Below, one piece after another: positions 62,963-64,000 of a DNA stretch of 64,000 nt (positions are counted from its first letter, which is position 1; every line of letters starts with the position of its first letter). Under the pieces are notes generated by a model. It was not told the DNA's origin and searched no databases. It saw only the letters and a program-made list of their open reading frames with translations. The translations under genes were made by a program, and so were the position numbers. Origin of the DNA: Azolla caroliniana (lineage: Eukaryota > Plantae > Polypodiophyta); the NCBI GenBank assembly GCA_043228905.1, contig JBHGNT010000004.1:7130001-7194000 (forward strand). The letters run 5' to 3'.

Positions 62963-64000
62963 ATGCCTCTTACCGCCTCAGTAGAAACCCGCGTCTCGCT
63001 CTAGGAACGAGGAATGGGCGGTTACCGGAAGATCATCGATGCCCCCGCGCACCCAGATGCCCAAGGTGTGGCTAAACGTATAACTCCCGAAGCCATCACC
63101 AACAACATGCTTCGGGCTGTTTTGGACTTGCAACGGGGAGGGGACCATGAGGTCGACATACCCCGACATCAAAGATGAAGGCGTACTTCGGTGAGTACTC
63201 AGCCTCAGGGAAGGCATATCGCACATATGGCGGTCCCAACAAAGCTTTCGGGGAGATTGCTCGTATATTAATGGAGTATGCGTTCGTGCAGACGAACCCA
63301 ACGAGCATGCCACAGAACAAGGCAACCATCATCATCAGCGCGTATGAACGAAACAGAATCGATTGGGGAATCATCACAGGTGAGGGACTTCGCACCGCCT
63401 TAGCTTCATTTTAGTCCGGTAAGAAGATGTTGTTTGTTCTTACCCACTTTTTGATGGTTCTATACCCACCCTCTTCTCTTCCTTCCCCTCGCACACTCAC
63501 GTCCCCACCACCACCACGAAGGCAGAGAGAGAAATTCGTTGCCATCAGCCAAGAAGCATGGGAGGAGCCCACATCGCCTTCACCTCCTGCGGCCGACCAA
63601 AACCCCGCAACTGCACCACCACCCACCCAACCCCAACAAAAAAGGGCAGTTTCCAAGACCTGCCAAGAATGGGAGGAGGAGGTAGCCGCGGAAGACAACC
63701 CGGCCGATGACGTCACCATTCGACAGCCAACGTCACGCCCCTCGGTAACATCCCCAGGGCCTAGCCCACGCCCCAACACACATCAGGCTGCACCACCACG
63801 ACCCCAGAAAAGGAAGTAGGTGGAGGAAACAACACTACCGGCCCTAGAACCCCAAACACAGCCAAGCAAGAGAAGACGACTCAACCGCGAGTCCTCGGAA
63901 GAACGGAAAGAGCCACAACAAGAGCAAGTCTTAGTTGTCCGACAGAGCAACCTGGCCATCACCCCTGAGGAGGCATCGTTGAACCAGGGAAAGATCGAGC
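62963..64000 (+). pseudogene. Degenerate extra ORF in the 3' region of Gypsy-Y
   Basis: ORF pieces 63175-63414 and 63427-63819 are in one frame separated by a stop; the upstream piece from ~62963 is in another frame; globular-looking region followed by a Pro/Thr/Gln-rich tail. Confidence 0.55.

Larger units (their letters stand above)
50639..64000 (+). mobile_element. Gypsy-Y copy 2, non-chromoviral (Athila/Phygy-like), runs off the window end
   Basis: 5' LTR 50639-51096; PBS TGGCACACCCGGT 51100-51112 (matches a tRNA-Arg 3' end); gag-pol 51286-62449 split by Copia-X copy 3; no chromodomain. Confidence 0.88.

Overview
Eukaryotic plant genomic DNA; the transposon repertoire suggests a non-seed land plant such as a fern (inference). 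One host gene is present: a two-exon, minus-strand, non-RD LRR receptor-like kinase (21301-18337 + 17018-16609, about 1124 aa). The rest is a nested transposon pile-up whose boundaries I fixed by LTR termini, PBS/PPT and target-site duplications (TSDs). It holds three copies of one Ty1/copia family ('Copia-X'), two other copia elements, a near-intact tRNA-Trp-primed Ty3/gypsy plus two relics, chromoviral gypsy elements, two tRNA-Arg-primed non-chromoviral gypsy elements, two solo LTRs, two hAT-type non-autonomous elements, a 5'-truncated L1 and an RTEX-like LINE. The most notable features are: (1) a -1 frameshift cassette (slippery heptamer plus pseudoknot) after the gypsy protease; (2) a 22-bp hairpin that buries the six tandem AUGs of the receptor kinase; (3) tRNA-like Pol III cassettes inside LTRs; (4) a (TTTAGGG)4 insertion within a copia RT; (5) a self-priming signature in a chromovirus; (6) two related gypsy insertions with the same ACGG TSD; (7) an extra 3' ORF in a gypsy element. 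All lineage names come from motif recognition only; no searches were run.
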